The translations under genes were made by a program, and so were the position numbers. A DNA stretch of 64,000 nt from contig NC_091979.1 in NCBI RefSeq assembly GCF_044704955.1, forward strand, positions 79,112,001 through 79,176,000, written 5' to 3'. Shown here piece after piece: positions 1 to 10,994 of the stretch. This stretch comes from Pristiophorus japonicus (taxonomy: Eukaryota). The notes under the pieces are model-generated. The model saw nothing but the letters and a program-made list of their open reading frames with translations. It searched no databases and was not told the origin of the DNA. Each line of letters begins with the position of its first letter. The stretch's first letter is position 1.

Positions 1-643
1 TGCAAGAGGGAGGGATTTAAATTCCTGGGACATTGGAACCAGTTCTGGGGGAGGTGGGACCAATACAAACCGGACGGTCTGTACTTGGGCAGGACTGGAA
101 CCAATATCCTAGGGGGAGTGTTTGCTAGTGCTGTTGGGGAGGGGTTAAACTAATATGGCAGGGGGGTGGGAACCTATGCAGGGAGACAGAGGGAAATAAA
201 ATGGGGGCAGAAGCAAAAGATAGCAAGGAGAATAGTAAAAGTGGAGGACAGAGAAACCCAAGGCAAAAATCAAAAAGAGCCACATTACAGCAAAATTCTA
301 AAGGGACAAAGAGTGTTAAAAAGACAAGCCTGAAGGCTCTGTGCCTCAATGCGAGGAGTATTCATAATAAGGTGGATGAATTAACTGCGCAGGCAGCTAT
401 TAACGATTATGATATAATTGGGATTACGGAGACATGGCTCCAGGGTGACCAAGGCTGGGAACTCAACATCCAGGAGTATTCAACATTCAGGAAGGATAGA
501 CAGAAAGGAAAAGAAGTTGGGGTAGCGTTGCTGGTTAAAGAGGAAATTAACGCAATAGTAAGAAAGGACATTAGCTTGGATGATGTGGACTCTGTATGGG
601 TAGAGATGCGGAATACTAAAGGGCAGAAAACGCTAGTGGGAGT
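1..643 (+). mobile_element. CR1 LINE copy 1, 5' part (end of ORF1 esterase, start of ORF2 APE endonuclease); interrupted by Gypsy 1
   Basis: ORF 201-707 contains LKALCLNARSIHNK, IIGITETWL and GVALLVK. The frame (LVGVV) resumes as VVYRPP after 5394. Confidence 0.93.
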
Positions 644-898
644 TGTGTTCCTGCACCGTACTACAAACTCACACGAGGCATGTACTGTAGACACAGTCAC
701 TACATGATATTAACCTTTATTCCCAGGACCAAGGAGTGGTGGCTCTGGATGGGACCTCCCCTTTTATACCTGGAAACCCAGGTGAGGAGTGTCTCCCACA
801 AGTTCACCCCCTGTGGTCAAGGTGTGCATTTCTAGGGTATTAGTACAGTGTACAGGAGTTGCATGAACGTTACAGTTACATGAAGATTACCATTGCAT
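644..898 (-). repeat. Gypsy 1 3' LTR (inner end and PPT deleted)
   Basis: Direct repeat of 5118-5375; similarity stops at ...CATTGCAT 898. Confidence 0.9.
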
Positions 899-1059
899 CT
901 TTTTGTGTCAAAGGTTAAGTCTGTCAGGTGGTCGACGCTCTCTCGTGGAACGCCAAAGTTGTGGCTCTGGTGGCTGAGCCTCGGCATGCGTCTCTGTCAC
1001 CTGAGGTGATTCCGGCCTGTAGGGCTAGCCGCAGAGACTGTGCATGCTGTGGATTTTCC

Positions 1060-4000
1060 TCATTGCTCATCCACTGGCAGTGGTGTGGGTGACATCTCAT
1101 GCTCTTCTTCAGATTCCTCCGTGTCTATGCTGAACCTTTTCTTTACTTGGTCCAAGTGTTTGTGGCATATCTGCCCATTGTTTAGTCTGATCACTATGAC
1201 CCTATTCCCTTCTTTGCCAATTACTGTGCCCTCAAGCCACTTGGGTCCCAAAGCGTGGTTAAGAACAAATACCGGGTCATCCATTTCTATACACCTCCCC
1301 TTTGAATTTCGATCATGGAACTCGGTTTGGGACTGGCGCTTGCCCTCAACAATGTCTGCCAGGGCTGGGTGAATGAGGAGCAGCCGTGCTTTAAGCGTGC
1401 ATTTCATGAGGAGTTCCGCTGGCGGGACTCCCGTGAGCGAGTGCGGGCGGGACCTGTAGGCCAGCAAGAGGCGCGATAGGCGGTACTGAAGGGAGGTCCT
1501 TGGATGCGTAGCATGCCCTGTTTTATGACTTGGACTGCACGTTCCACCTGGCCATTGGAAGCTGGCTTGAACGGTGCTGTCCGGACGTGTTTGATACCAT
1601 TGCCCGACATAAACTCCTGAAATTCATGGCTGGTGAAGCACAGGCCATTGTCGCTGACCAGGATGTCCGGTAAGCCGTGGGTCACGAAAACCGTACACAG
1701 ACTCTCCACGGTAATAGATGTCGTGCACGAGTTTAATATGATGCACTGGATCCATTTCGAATGTGCTTCAACAACGATCAGGAACATTTTCCCCATGAAC
1801 GGGCCCTCATAGTCTACGTGAATATGTGACCATGGTCTGGTGAGCCAGGGCCACGGGCTGAGTGGGACCTCCCTGGGGGCATTGCCCAGCTGGGCACACG
1901 TCGTGCACCTGCGAACCCAGTGTTCCAGGTCTGAATCAATCCCCGGTCACCATACATGTGACCGGGCAATGGCCTTCATTAACACAATGCCAGGGTGCTC
2001 ACTGTGGAGTTCCCGGATGAATGCTTCCATGCCTTTCTGGGGCATGACTACCCGGCTGCCCCTAGCAGGCAGTCGGCTTGGATGGAGAGCTCATCCATCC
2101 GTATCTGAAACGGTCTGACCTCCTCGGGGCACGCCCTGTGTGCGGGCGCCCAATCTCCAGTCAGGACACATATCTTTATCATGGATAGGAGGGGGCCTCT
2201 GTTGGTCCAGATTTTAATCTGGCGGGCTGTGATGGGGGAGCCTGCGGTGTCAAAAGCCTCAACGGCCATGACCATCTCAGTGCTTTGCTCCGCTGCCCCT
2301 CGGTGGTGGCCAGTGAGAGCTTGCTGAGTGCATCAGCGCAATTTTCGGTGCCTGGCCGGTGCCGTATGGTGTAGTCATACGCAGCCAGCGTGAAAGCCCA
2401 TCACTGTATGCGAGCTGACGCATTGGCATTGACAGCCTTGCTGTTGGACAACAGGGATGTTAACGGCTTGTAGTCCATCTCTAGCTCGAACCATCTACCA
2501 AAAAGGTACTGGTGCATATTTTTCACACTGTAAACACAAGCGAGTGCTTCCTTTTCAACCATGCCGTATCCACGCTCTGCCTGGGAGAGTGATCTGGAGG
2601 CATAAGCCATCAGTTGGAGTCGGCCGTCGTCATTACCCTGCTGCAATACACACCCAATCCCGTAGGACGACGCATCGCACGTTAAAACCAGTTTTTTACA
2701 GGGGTCATGCAAAGTCAACAGTTTGTTAGAACAAGCAGGTTCCTCACCTTATTGAAAGCCCGTTCTTGACAGTCCCCCCAAAGCCATTCACAACCTTTAC
2801 ACAGGAGCATGTGTAACGGCTCCAACAATGTGCTTAAGTTCGGCAGAAAGTTTCCGAAATAGTTCAAAAGTCCCAGGAATGATCGCAACTCCAACGTGTT
2901 GCCGGGCCTGGGCGCCCGGCAGATCACCTCCGTTTTTGATTCAGTGGGTCGGATCCCGTCTGCGGCAACCCTCCTGCCCAAAAACTCGACCTCTGGGGCC
3001 AAAAACACACACTTGGCCTTTTTTAGCCGCAAGCCTACCCGGTCCAGTCGGCGTAGCACCTCCTCCAGATTGTGGAGGTGTTCCTTGGTGTCTCGACCCG
3101 TTATAAGGATGTCGTCTTGGAATACGATTGTTCCAGGAATGGATTTGAGCAAGCTTTCCATGTTCCGCTGAAAGATAGCTGCTGCCGAACGAATGCCAAA
3201 CGGACACCTGTTGTAGATAAATAATCCCTTGTGCGTCGTGATGGTGGTCAGAAGCTTGGATTCTTCAGCCAGTTCCTGAGACATGTAGGCCGAAGTGAAG
3301 TCCAGCTTTGTGAACAGCTTGCCACCTGCCAGCGTGGCAAAAAGGTCCTCCGCTCTCGGGAGCGGGTATTGGTCTTGCAGCGGCACTCGGTTGATGGTGG
3401 CTTTGTAGTCGCCACAAATCCTAACCGAGCCATCTGCTTTGATGATAGGAACGATGGGACTTGCCCAGTCACTGAATTCAATGGCCGAAATTATGCCCTC
3501 GCTGAGCAGCCTGTCCAATTCACTTTCAATTTTCTCATGCATCACATACGGCACCGCTCTGGCTTTGTGGTGCACTGGTCTGGCGTCCGGAGTGATGCGT
3601 ATCACTACTTTAGTGCCCTTGAACGTTCCGACACTGGTTTGAGACAGTGACCCGAATTTTTGTAGGACCTGTGAGCATGAACTTCGCTCCACAGATGAAA
3701 TGGCGTGCACATCTCCCCATTTCCAATTCATCTCGGCTAGCCAACTCCTCCCCAAGAGCGTGGGGCCATTTCGCGGGACGATCCAGACTGGCAGCCAGTT
3801 CTGTGAGCCATTATGTGTTGCCACCAAGTTTGCATTGCCTAGCACTGGGATGATCTCTTTGGTGTACGGTCGTAGCTGCATGTCAATGCGTTCCAGTTTG
3901 GGTCTGCTAGATCTGTGTGGCCATAGTCTCTCAAATTGTTGGGCGCTCATAAGTGACTGGCTAATTCCCGCATCCAGCTCCATGCCATTCAATAAAACTT

Positions 4001-4535
4001 TCATCATCATGGGTGGCGTTTTAGTGTATGAGCTGTGGACGTCAGCCACATGAACCCGCTGAACTTCAGCATCCATGCCTTTTCCCCAGGCATCATTCTG
4101 CATTGCAGACCCCTCGTCTGGTTCCACTGTATCACAGATTAGCCTCGCCACAGCCTTTTTGCACATCCTGGCCAAGTGTCCACTGACGTTACAAATCCTA
4201 CAGGTATATTGCTGGAACCTGCAGCTTTTCACAGTATGTCTATCCCCGCATCTCCAGCATGAGCTGAGATTGTTGTTAACAAATGGACTGTTACCAGGCA
4301 TTCCTCTCTGATTGCCCATTTGGTTGTTTCTAAGCACTCTGATGGTGGGTGTTAATGGTCCCATCGCGGGACGCATTGTTCCTCGTGATGGCATGAATTG
4401 CCGATCCCCTTTCCATTGTCCCTGTTGCGGGCCCACCCTAGAGTCTGTTGCTGCCTGGGCAGTTTCGAAATGCCCTTGCCTGCCTGCGGGGTCCCTAGCC
4501 GCGTTCACAATGTTAACTCCCTGGTCCATCGCCAC
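1060..4535 (-). pseudogene. Gypsy 1 gag-end/pol (CCHC knuckles, protease, RT, RNase H, integrase), frameshifted
   Basis: CWRCGDRH and CRICNVSGHLARMC; ELDAG protease; ICGDYK and FQDDIL RT; LTCDASSYG RNase H; LVSDNG and PASNGQVER integrase. Confidence 0.93.
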
Positions 4536-5116
4536 ATTGGGATGCGCGCGTAAATTAGCTTGGTCTCCTCTTCCCCTGCCATGAAGGTCTGAGCTATCAA
4601 CGCCGCCCCTTCTAAAGTCAAGTCCTTGGCCTCTATGAGCTTCCTGAAAATCCCGGCATGATTAATGCCCTTAATAAAAAAGTCCCTTAACATCTCCCCC
4701 CTGCAGGCATCTGTGAACTTACAGAGACTGGCCAAGCAGCGCAGGTCCACAACAAAGTCCGAGATGTATTGTCCCTCCCGACGCCGGTGTGTGTAGAACC
4801 AGTGCCGGGCCATGTGTACGCTACTCACCGGCTTGAGATGCTCACTGATCAGCTGGCTGAGCCCTTCAAAGGACTTGTCCACTGGCTTTTGGGGTGCGAG
4901 CAGGTCTTTCATCAGCGCATACGACTGTGGTCCGCAGCTGGTCAGTAGATGTGCCCTCCGCTTGTCAGCCGCTGTCGCTCCCAGCCAGTCCTTTGTGACA
5001 AAGCTCTGCTGGAGTCGTTCCACGAAGTCGTCCCAGTCCTCACCCACACAGTAACGTTCCCCTGTGCTACCGGTGGCCATCCTTGTGGTTCGGTGATTCC
5101 CGTTCCTCGTCGCCAA
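4505..5116 (-). pseudogene. Gypsy 1 gag N-terminal region
   Basis: 203-aa ORF with EDWDDFVERL, LLTSCG and MLRDFF, matching the other two Gypsy gags in the window. Confidence 0.85.
5104..5115 (-). promoter_or_regulatory. Primer binding site, tRNA-Ser(GCU)-like
   Basis: TGGCGACGAGGA 2 nt inside the 5' LTR; complementary to the 3' end of tRNA-Ser(GCU). Confidence 0.85.
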
Positions 5117-5117
5117 A

Positions 5118-5394
5118 TGTGGTGTCCCTGCACCGTACTACAAACTCACACGAGGCATGTACTGCAGACACAGTCACTACGTGACCTTAACCTTTATTCC
5201 CAGGACCAAGGAGTGCTGGCCCTGGGTGGGACCTCCCCTTTTATACCTGGAAACCCAGGTGAGGAGTGTCTCCCACAAGTTCACCCCCTGTGGTCATGGT
5301 GTGCATTTCTAGGGTATACGTACAGTGTACAGGAGTTGCATGAAGGTTACAGTTACATGAAGATTACCGTTGCATGATGGTTACATACATGACA
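5118..5394 (-). repeat. Gypsy 1 5' LTR
   Basis: TG...CA termini, adjacent to the PBS and the TSD. Confidence 0.93.
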
Positions 5395-7978
5395 GGAGTT
5401 GTGTACAGACCACCAAACAGTAGTAGTGAGGTTGGGGATGGCATCAAACAAGAAATTAGGGATAAGTGCAATAAAGGTACAGCAGTTATCATGGGCGACT
5501 TTAATCTACATATATATTGGGCTAACCAAGCTGGTAGCAATGTGGTGGAGGATTTCCTGGAGTGTATTAGGGATGGCTTTCTGGACCAATATATCGAGGA
5601 ACCAACTAGAGAGCTGGCCATCCTAGACTGGGTGTTGTGTAATGAGAGAGGACTAATTAGCAATCTTGTTGTGCGAGGCCCCCTGGGGAAGAGTGACCAT
5701 AATATGGTAGAATTCTTTATTAAGATGGAGAGTGACAGTGTTAATTCAGAGACTGGGGTCCTGAACTTAAGGAAAGGTAACTTTGATGGTATGAGACGTG
5801 AATTGGCTAGGATAGACTGGCAAAAGATACTTAAAGGGTTGACAGTGGATAGGCAATAGTAGACATTTATAGATCACATGGATGAACTTCAACAATTGTA
5901 TATCCCTGTCTGGAGTAAAAATAAAACGGGGAAAGTGGCTCAACCGTGGCTAACAAGGGAAATTAGGGATAGTGTTAATCCAAGGAAGAGGCATATAAAT
6001 TGGCCAGAAAAAGCAGCAAACCTGAGGACTGGGAGAAATTTAAAATTCAGCGGAGGAGGACAAAGGGTCTAATTAGGAGGGGGGAAATAGAGTATGAGAG
6101 GAAGCTTGCCGGGAACATAAAATCTGACTGCAAAAGCTTCTATAGATATGTGAAGAGAAAAAGATTAGTGAAGACCAACGCAAGCCCTTTGCAGTCAGAA
6201 TCAGGTGAATTTATAATGGGGAACAAAGAAATGGCAGACCAATTGAACAAATTTGGATCTGTCTTCACTAAGGAAGACACAAATAACCTTCCGGAAATAC
6301 TAGGGGTTCGAGGGTCGAGCAAAAAAGGAGGAACTGAAGGAAATCCTTATTAGTCAGGAAATTGTGTTAGGGAAATTGATGGGATTGAAGGCCGATAAAT
6401 CTCCAGAGCCTGATAGGCTGCATCCCAGAGTAGTTAAGGAAGTGGCCCTAGAAATAGTGGATGCATTGGTGATCATTTGCCAACATTCTATTGACTCTGG
6501 ACCAGTTCCTATAGACTGGAGAGTAGCTAATGTAACACCACTTTTTAAAAAAGGAGGGAGAGAGAAAACAGGGAATTATAGGCCGGTTATCCTGACATCG
6601 GTGGTGGGGAAAATGTTGGAATCAATGATTAAAGGTGAAATAGCAGCATATTTGGAAAGCAGTGACAGGATCAGTCCAAGTCAGCATGGATTTATGAAAG
6701 GAAAATCATGCTTGACAAACCTTCTAGAATGTTTTGAGGATGTAACTAGTAGAGTGGACAAGCGAGAACCAGTGAATGTGGTATATTTGGACTTTCAAAA
6801 GGCTTTTGACAAGGTCCCACACAAGAGATAAATATGCAAAATTAAAGCTCATGGTATTGGGGGTAATGTATAGACGTGGATAGAGAACTGGTTGGCAGAC
6901 AGGAAGCACAGAGTCGGAATAAACGGGTCCTTTTCAGAATGGCAGGCAGTGACCAGTGGCGTGCCTCAGGGTTCAGTGCTGGGACCCCAGCTATTTACAA
7001 TATACATCAATGATTTAGATGAAGGAATTGAATGTAATATCTCCAAGTTTGCAGATGACATTAAGCTGGGTGGCGGTGTGAGCTTTGAGGAGGATGCTTA
7101 GAGGTTGCAGGGCGACTTAGACACGTTAGGTGAGTGGGCAAATGCATGGCAGATGCAGTATAATGTGGATAAATGTGTGGTTATCCACTTTGAGGGCAAA
7201 AACAAGAAGACAGAATATTATCTGAATGGTGACAGATTAGGAAAAGGGGAGGTGCAACGGGACCTGGGTGTCATGGTACATCAGTCATTGAAGTTTGGCA
7301 TGCAGGTACAGCAGGCTGTGAAGGCAGCAAATGGCATGTTGGCCTTCATAGCTAGGGGATTTGAGTATAGGAGCAGGGAGGTCTTACTGCAGTTATACAG
7401 GGCCTTGGTGAGGCCTCACCTGGAATATTGTGTTCAGTTTTGTTCTCCTAATCTGAGGAAGGACATTCTTGCTATTGAGGGAGTACACCGATGGTTCACC
7501 AGATTGATTCCCGGAATGGCACGACTGACATATGAGGAGAGACTGGATCAACTGGGCTTGTATCCACTGGAGTTTAGAAGAATGAGAGGATATCTCATAT
7601 AGAAACATATAAAATTCTGATGGGATTGGACAGGTTAGAGGCAGGAAGAATGTTCCCGTTGCTGGGGAGATCCAGAACCAGGGGTCACAGTCTAAGAATG
7701 AGGGGTAAGCCAGTTAGGACCGAGATGAGGAGAAACATCTTCACTCAGAGTGGTTAACCTGTGGAATTCTCTACCGCAGAAAGTTGTTGAGGCCAGTTCT
7801 TTAGATATATTCAAAAAGGAGTTAGATGTGGCCCTTATGGCCAAAGGGATCAAGGGGTATGGAGAGAAAGCAGGAGTGGGGTACTGAGGTTGAATGATCA
7901 GCCACGATCTTATTGAATGGCGGTGCAGGCTCGAGGGGCCGAATGGCATGCTCCTGCACCTAATTTCTATGTTTCTAT
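5395..7978 (+). mobile_element. CR1 LINE copy 1, 3' part (EN, RT, 3' tail), decayed
   Basis: [40 protein letters not shown]; tail TTTCTATGTTTCTAT. Confidence 0.95.
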
Positions 7979-8014
7979 GCACCTCTTAAAAGAGGTCACT
8001 GAAGGTTTTTCACA

Positions 8015-8200
8015 ATGGGAGGCAAAATAAGCTGCAACGGGCCCCTCAGCTCTCGGACACTGCTTTGGAGGCATTGGTGGAGGTGGTAGCAGGAGGAGCA
8101 CGTCCCCTTCCCATCAGACGGCACAAAGGTTTCCAGACAAGCTACTTGGCAGCAGTGGGGGAAGATGGTGGAACGGGTTCACGAGCTAGGTGTCGAGTGG
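8015..8200 (+). pseudogene. Harbinger Myb/SANT-like ORF fragment
   Basis: RAPQLSDTALEALVEVV resembles RVRRFSDTALAALVMAVE at 53593-54030. Confidence 0.55.
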
Positions 8201-8618
8201 ATACCCTTTATTCCCAAGGAGCTAGCCTGACACCCACTGGATGGAAGACAGGCAAATGAGTATGGACGCATCGTGACTCGTGCCAGGACATTGGGCACCA
8301 ACCTGCATTATCCGCTTCCTGTGATCACACACCAGTTAGCTGTTTCTGTTTGATTGTTGAAATTCAGCCCAATAAGGGTTCGTATGAATCACAGAAATGC
8401 ATGTATTAACACAAGTCATATTTTTACAGAAGCAATTTTTTTTTTTAATTCATTCCTGAAAGAAAATTTGCTCCATTCAAATCCTATCTCATGTTTCACT
8501 CTGAAGAATAAATTCTAGCTATTCAATGCTGATGGCTCAGTTAATAAATGCACAACCAGGTCTGGTACTGAGCCAGAGATACCAGGACTGGACTGTGTGT
8601 TGTGATACTGAGCCATAT

Positions 8619-8842
8619 TCTCTACCACAGAATTCTCTACCAGAGAAAGTTGTTGAGGCCAGTTCATTATATATATTCAAAAGGGAGTTAGATATGGCCC
8701 TTACAGCTAAAGTGATCAAGGGGTAAGGAGAGAAAGCAGGAATGGGGTACTGAAGTTGCATGATCAGCCATGATCATATTGAATGGTGGTGCAGGCTCGA
8801 AGGGCCGAATGGCCTACTCCTGCACCTATTTTCTATGTTTCT
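8619..8842 (+). mobile_element. CR1 3'-end fragment inserted in the minisatellite
   Basis: Matches 7760-7978; flanked by ATAT on both sides. Confidence 0.88.
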
Positions 8843-9437
8843 ATATAGACCAGGACTGCTCTGCGTGGTGTGGTACTGAGCGATATAGACCAGGACTGCA
8901 CTACGTTGTGTGGTACTGAGCGATATAGACTAGGACTGCTCTGCGTGGTGTGGTACTGAGCGATATAGACCAGGACTGCACTACGTGGTGTGGTACTGAG
9001 CGATATAGACCAGGACTGCACTACGTGGTGTGGTACTGAGCGATATAGACCAGGACTGCACTACGTGGTGTGGTACTGAGCGATATAGACCAGGACTGCT
9101 CTGCGTGGTGTGGTACTGAGCGATATAGACCAGGACTGCTCTGCGTGGTGTGGTACTGAGCGATATAGACCAGGACTGCACTACGTGGTGTGGTACTGAG
9201 CGATATAGACCAGGACTGCACTACGTGGTGTGGTACTGAGCGATATAGACCAGGACTGCACTACGTGGTGTGGTACTGAGTGATATAGACCAGGACTGCA
9301 CTACGTGGTGTGGTACTGAGCGATATAGACCAGGACTGCTCTGCGTGGTGGGGTACTGAGCCAGAGAGACCAGGACTGCACTGTGTGGTGTAGTATTGAG
9401 CAATATAGACCAGGACTGCTCTGTGTAGTGTGGTACT
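8843..9437. repeat. 40-bp minisatellite, about 15 units
   Basis: Unit ATATAGACCAGGACTGCACTACGTGGTGTGGTACTGAGCG in two variants; degenerate units also at 8563-8618. Confidence 0.97.
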
Positions 9438-10173
9438 GGCCTCTCCGACCTGCGAGAGAACACCTCCGCAGGTAAGGAAATATAAGAGCTAGAGCGGCAT
9501 ACTACTACAACTTCCAGTGCGAGCTGCTCCAAGTGTGCAATGGCTTCAAGGTGGACGATTGGGTGATATCATCATGACCCAGGTTGCTGTTTGGAGCGTA
9601 GGCAGGAGCCTCAGCGGAGCCCTTGTAAAGCAGAGCAGCAGAGGTGTGGCGAATGATCGAGACAGAGGAGCGATGAGGGATTGTGGCTGAGATTTGGTGG
9701 ATGATCGTGGCAGAGGTCTGGCGAATGTTTGGTGTGGAGGTGCGGCGAGTGTTTTGTGGCGGAGGAGCAATGAGGGATCGTGGCGGAGGTGCGGCGAATG
9801 TTTGTGGCGGAGGAGCAGCGAGAGATTGTGGCGGAGATGCGGCAAATGAGAGTATAGGGCCCAGAAGAGCCAAGGGCCATGGGGCAGCAGGTGCCAGCCC
9901 ACACTGCATATGTGTGTGCACTAGGTCCGTGCAGCATAGCAGGTCTCCAGTCGTCCAGGTTAACCCTTGCCACTGGATAAAGGCCTAGCTCTGTCAAGCC
10001 CATGTGGTGGCTGATATGCAACGGTCACCACACATTAAAAAAAATCCACGTACAAGCATCTTCCACCCCTTCAATTGGAGTTCAGGACTGGAACATCGGG
10101 TCCTTCATTGAAACATCTGTGAACTCTTGTGAAAGCAAGTCATCCTCGTTCAAGGGACCGCCTATGATCATGA
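9438..10173 (+). mobile_element. Non-autonomous bipartite RTE-derived element A
   Basis: 9945-10113 is homologous to 60415-60585 (RTE 5'UTR plus first codons) and is joined directly to an RTE 3' end (AAGCAAGTC...GCCTATGAT). Internal GGCGGAGG repeats. 5' boundary uncertain. Confidence 0.65.
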
Positions 10174-10197
10174 CATGTTCAGGGAGAGAAACCTCTT

Positions 10198-10731
10198 TTA
10201 GTTATAAAACATGGCTGGTTCTTGAAGGAAAGAGTGCAGAGCAACATGTGTGAAGTTAATTATGCCCTGCACCTGGCGAAATCCAGCAATGTGGGCAAAT
10301 CTGAATGCACTTTTTCCTGATCGGCAGCCTCTTTGGAGAAGGTATTGCACTCTCCTTGCAAAATGGCATCTGTGATCTGCCTGATGACTGTATGGGCAGC
10401 AAATTACTAATGTTAATGATGCAAGCTGCTGCAGCCTGGAATGGGTGTAACAGTTACTTTTACAGCCATAGGCAATGCAGTGTGTGCTCTGGTGTTTGGC
10501 TCCAATTTCTGCTGCAACAGTGATTGCCTGCCTGCTGAAGCGGAGCCTCCTCATACACTGCTCCTCTGTCATCTTCAGGAATTACATTCTGTTCCAGAAG
10601 ACCCATATCCTGTATGGCCTCTAGTGCCCTTCCCTCCTTCGCCGTCTTCTTTGACCCTCTGCAGGTCTGTGGTTCTGCTGCTGGTCCCCCTGATGTATTA
10701 GCCTCAATGGCAATCCCAGCAACATCCCCAT
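10198..10731 (-). pseudogene. Harbinger (HARBI1-like) transposase N-terminal fragment
   Basis: MTEEQCMRRLRFSRQAIT and FAHIAGFRQVQGIINFTHVAL. Confidence 0.8.
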
Positions 10732-10994
10732 AAGGGAATGTAGTTGTGGTAGGGGCAGTACAGTCGAAGGGATAGATACTGTTTTCTGCAGCCGCAACCG
10801 GGAGTTTCGAAGGTTGTGTTGCCTGCCCAGTGCCAGGGTTAAAGACATCTCCTCAAGGCTGGAGAAGAACTTGGAGTGGGAAAGGGAGGATCCGGTTGTC
10901 GTGGTCCACGTAGGAACCAACGACATAGCAGAATTAGGAATGAGGATTTTGAGAAGTTGGGGTCCAAATTAAAAAGCAGAACCTCAAAGGTCAT
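10732..10994 (+). mobile_element. CR1 ORF1 (SGNH esterase) fragment
   Basis: CCLPSARVKDISSRLEKNLEW...VVVHVGTND; cut by the Gypsy 2 LTR. Confidence 0.85.

Larger units (their letters stand above)
644..5394 (-). mobile_element. Gypsy/Ty3 LTR retrotransposon 1 (Mag-like), decayed near full-length
   Basis: Two LTR copies, PBS, and gag-PR-RT-RH-IN order on the minus strand. 5-bp TSD GGAGT at 639-643 and 5395-5399. Confidence 0.95.

Noticed and set aside
8843-9437. CRISPR-like regular 40-bp periodicity and repetitive ORFs
   Set aside because: Head-to-tail units with no unique spacers, no cas genes, vertebrate context; the ORFs are by-products of the repeat.
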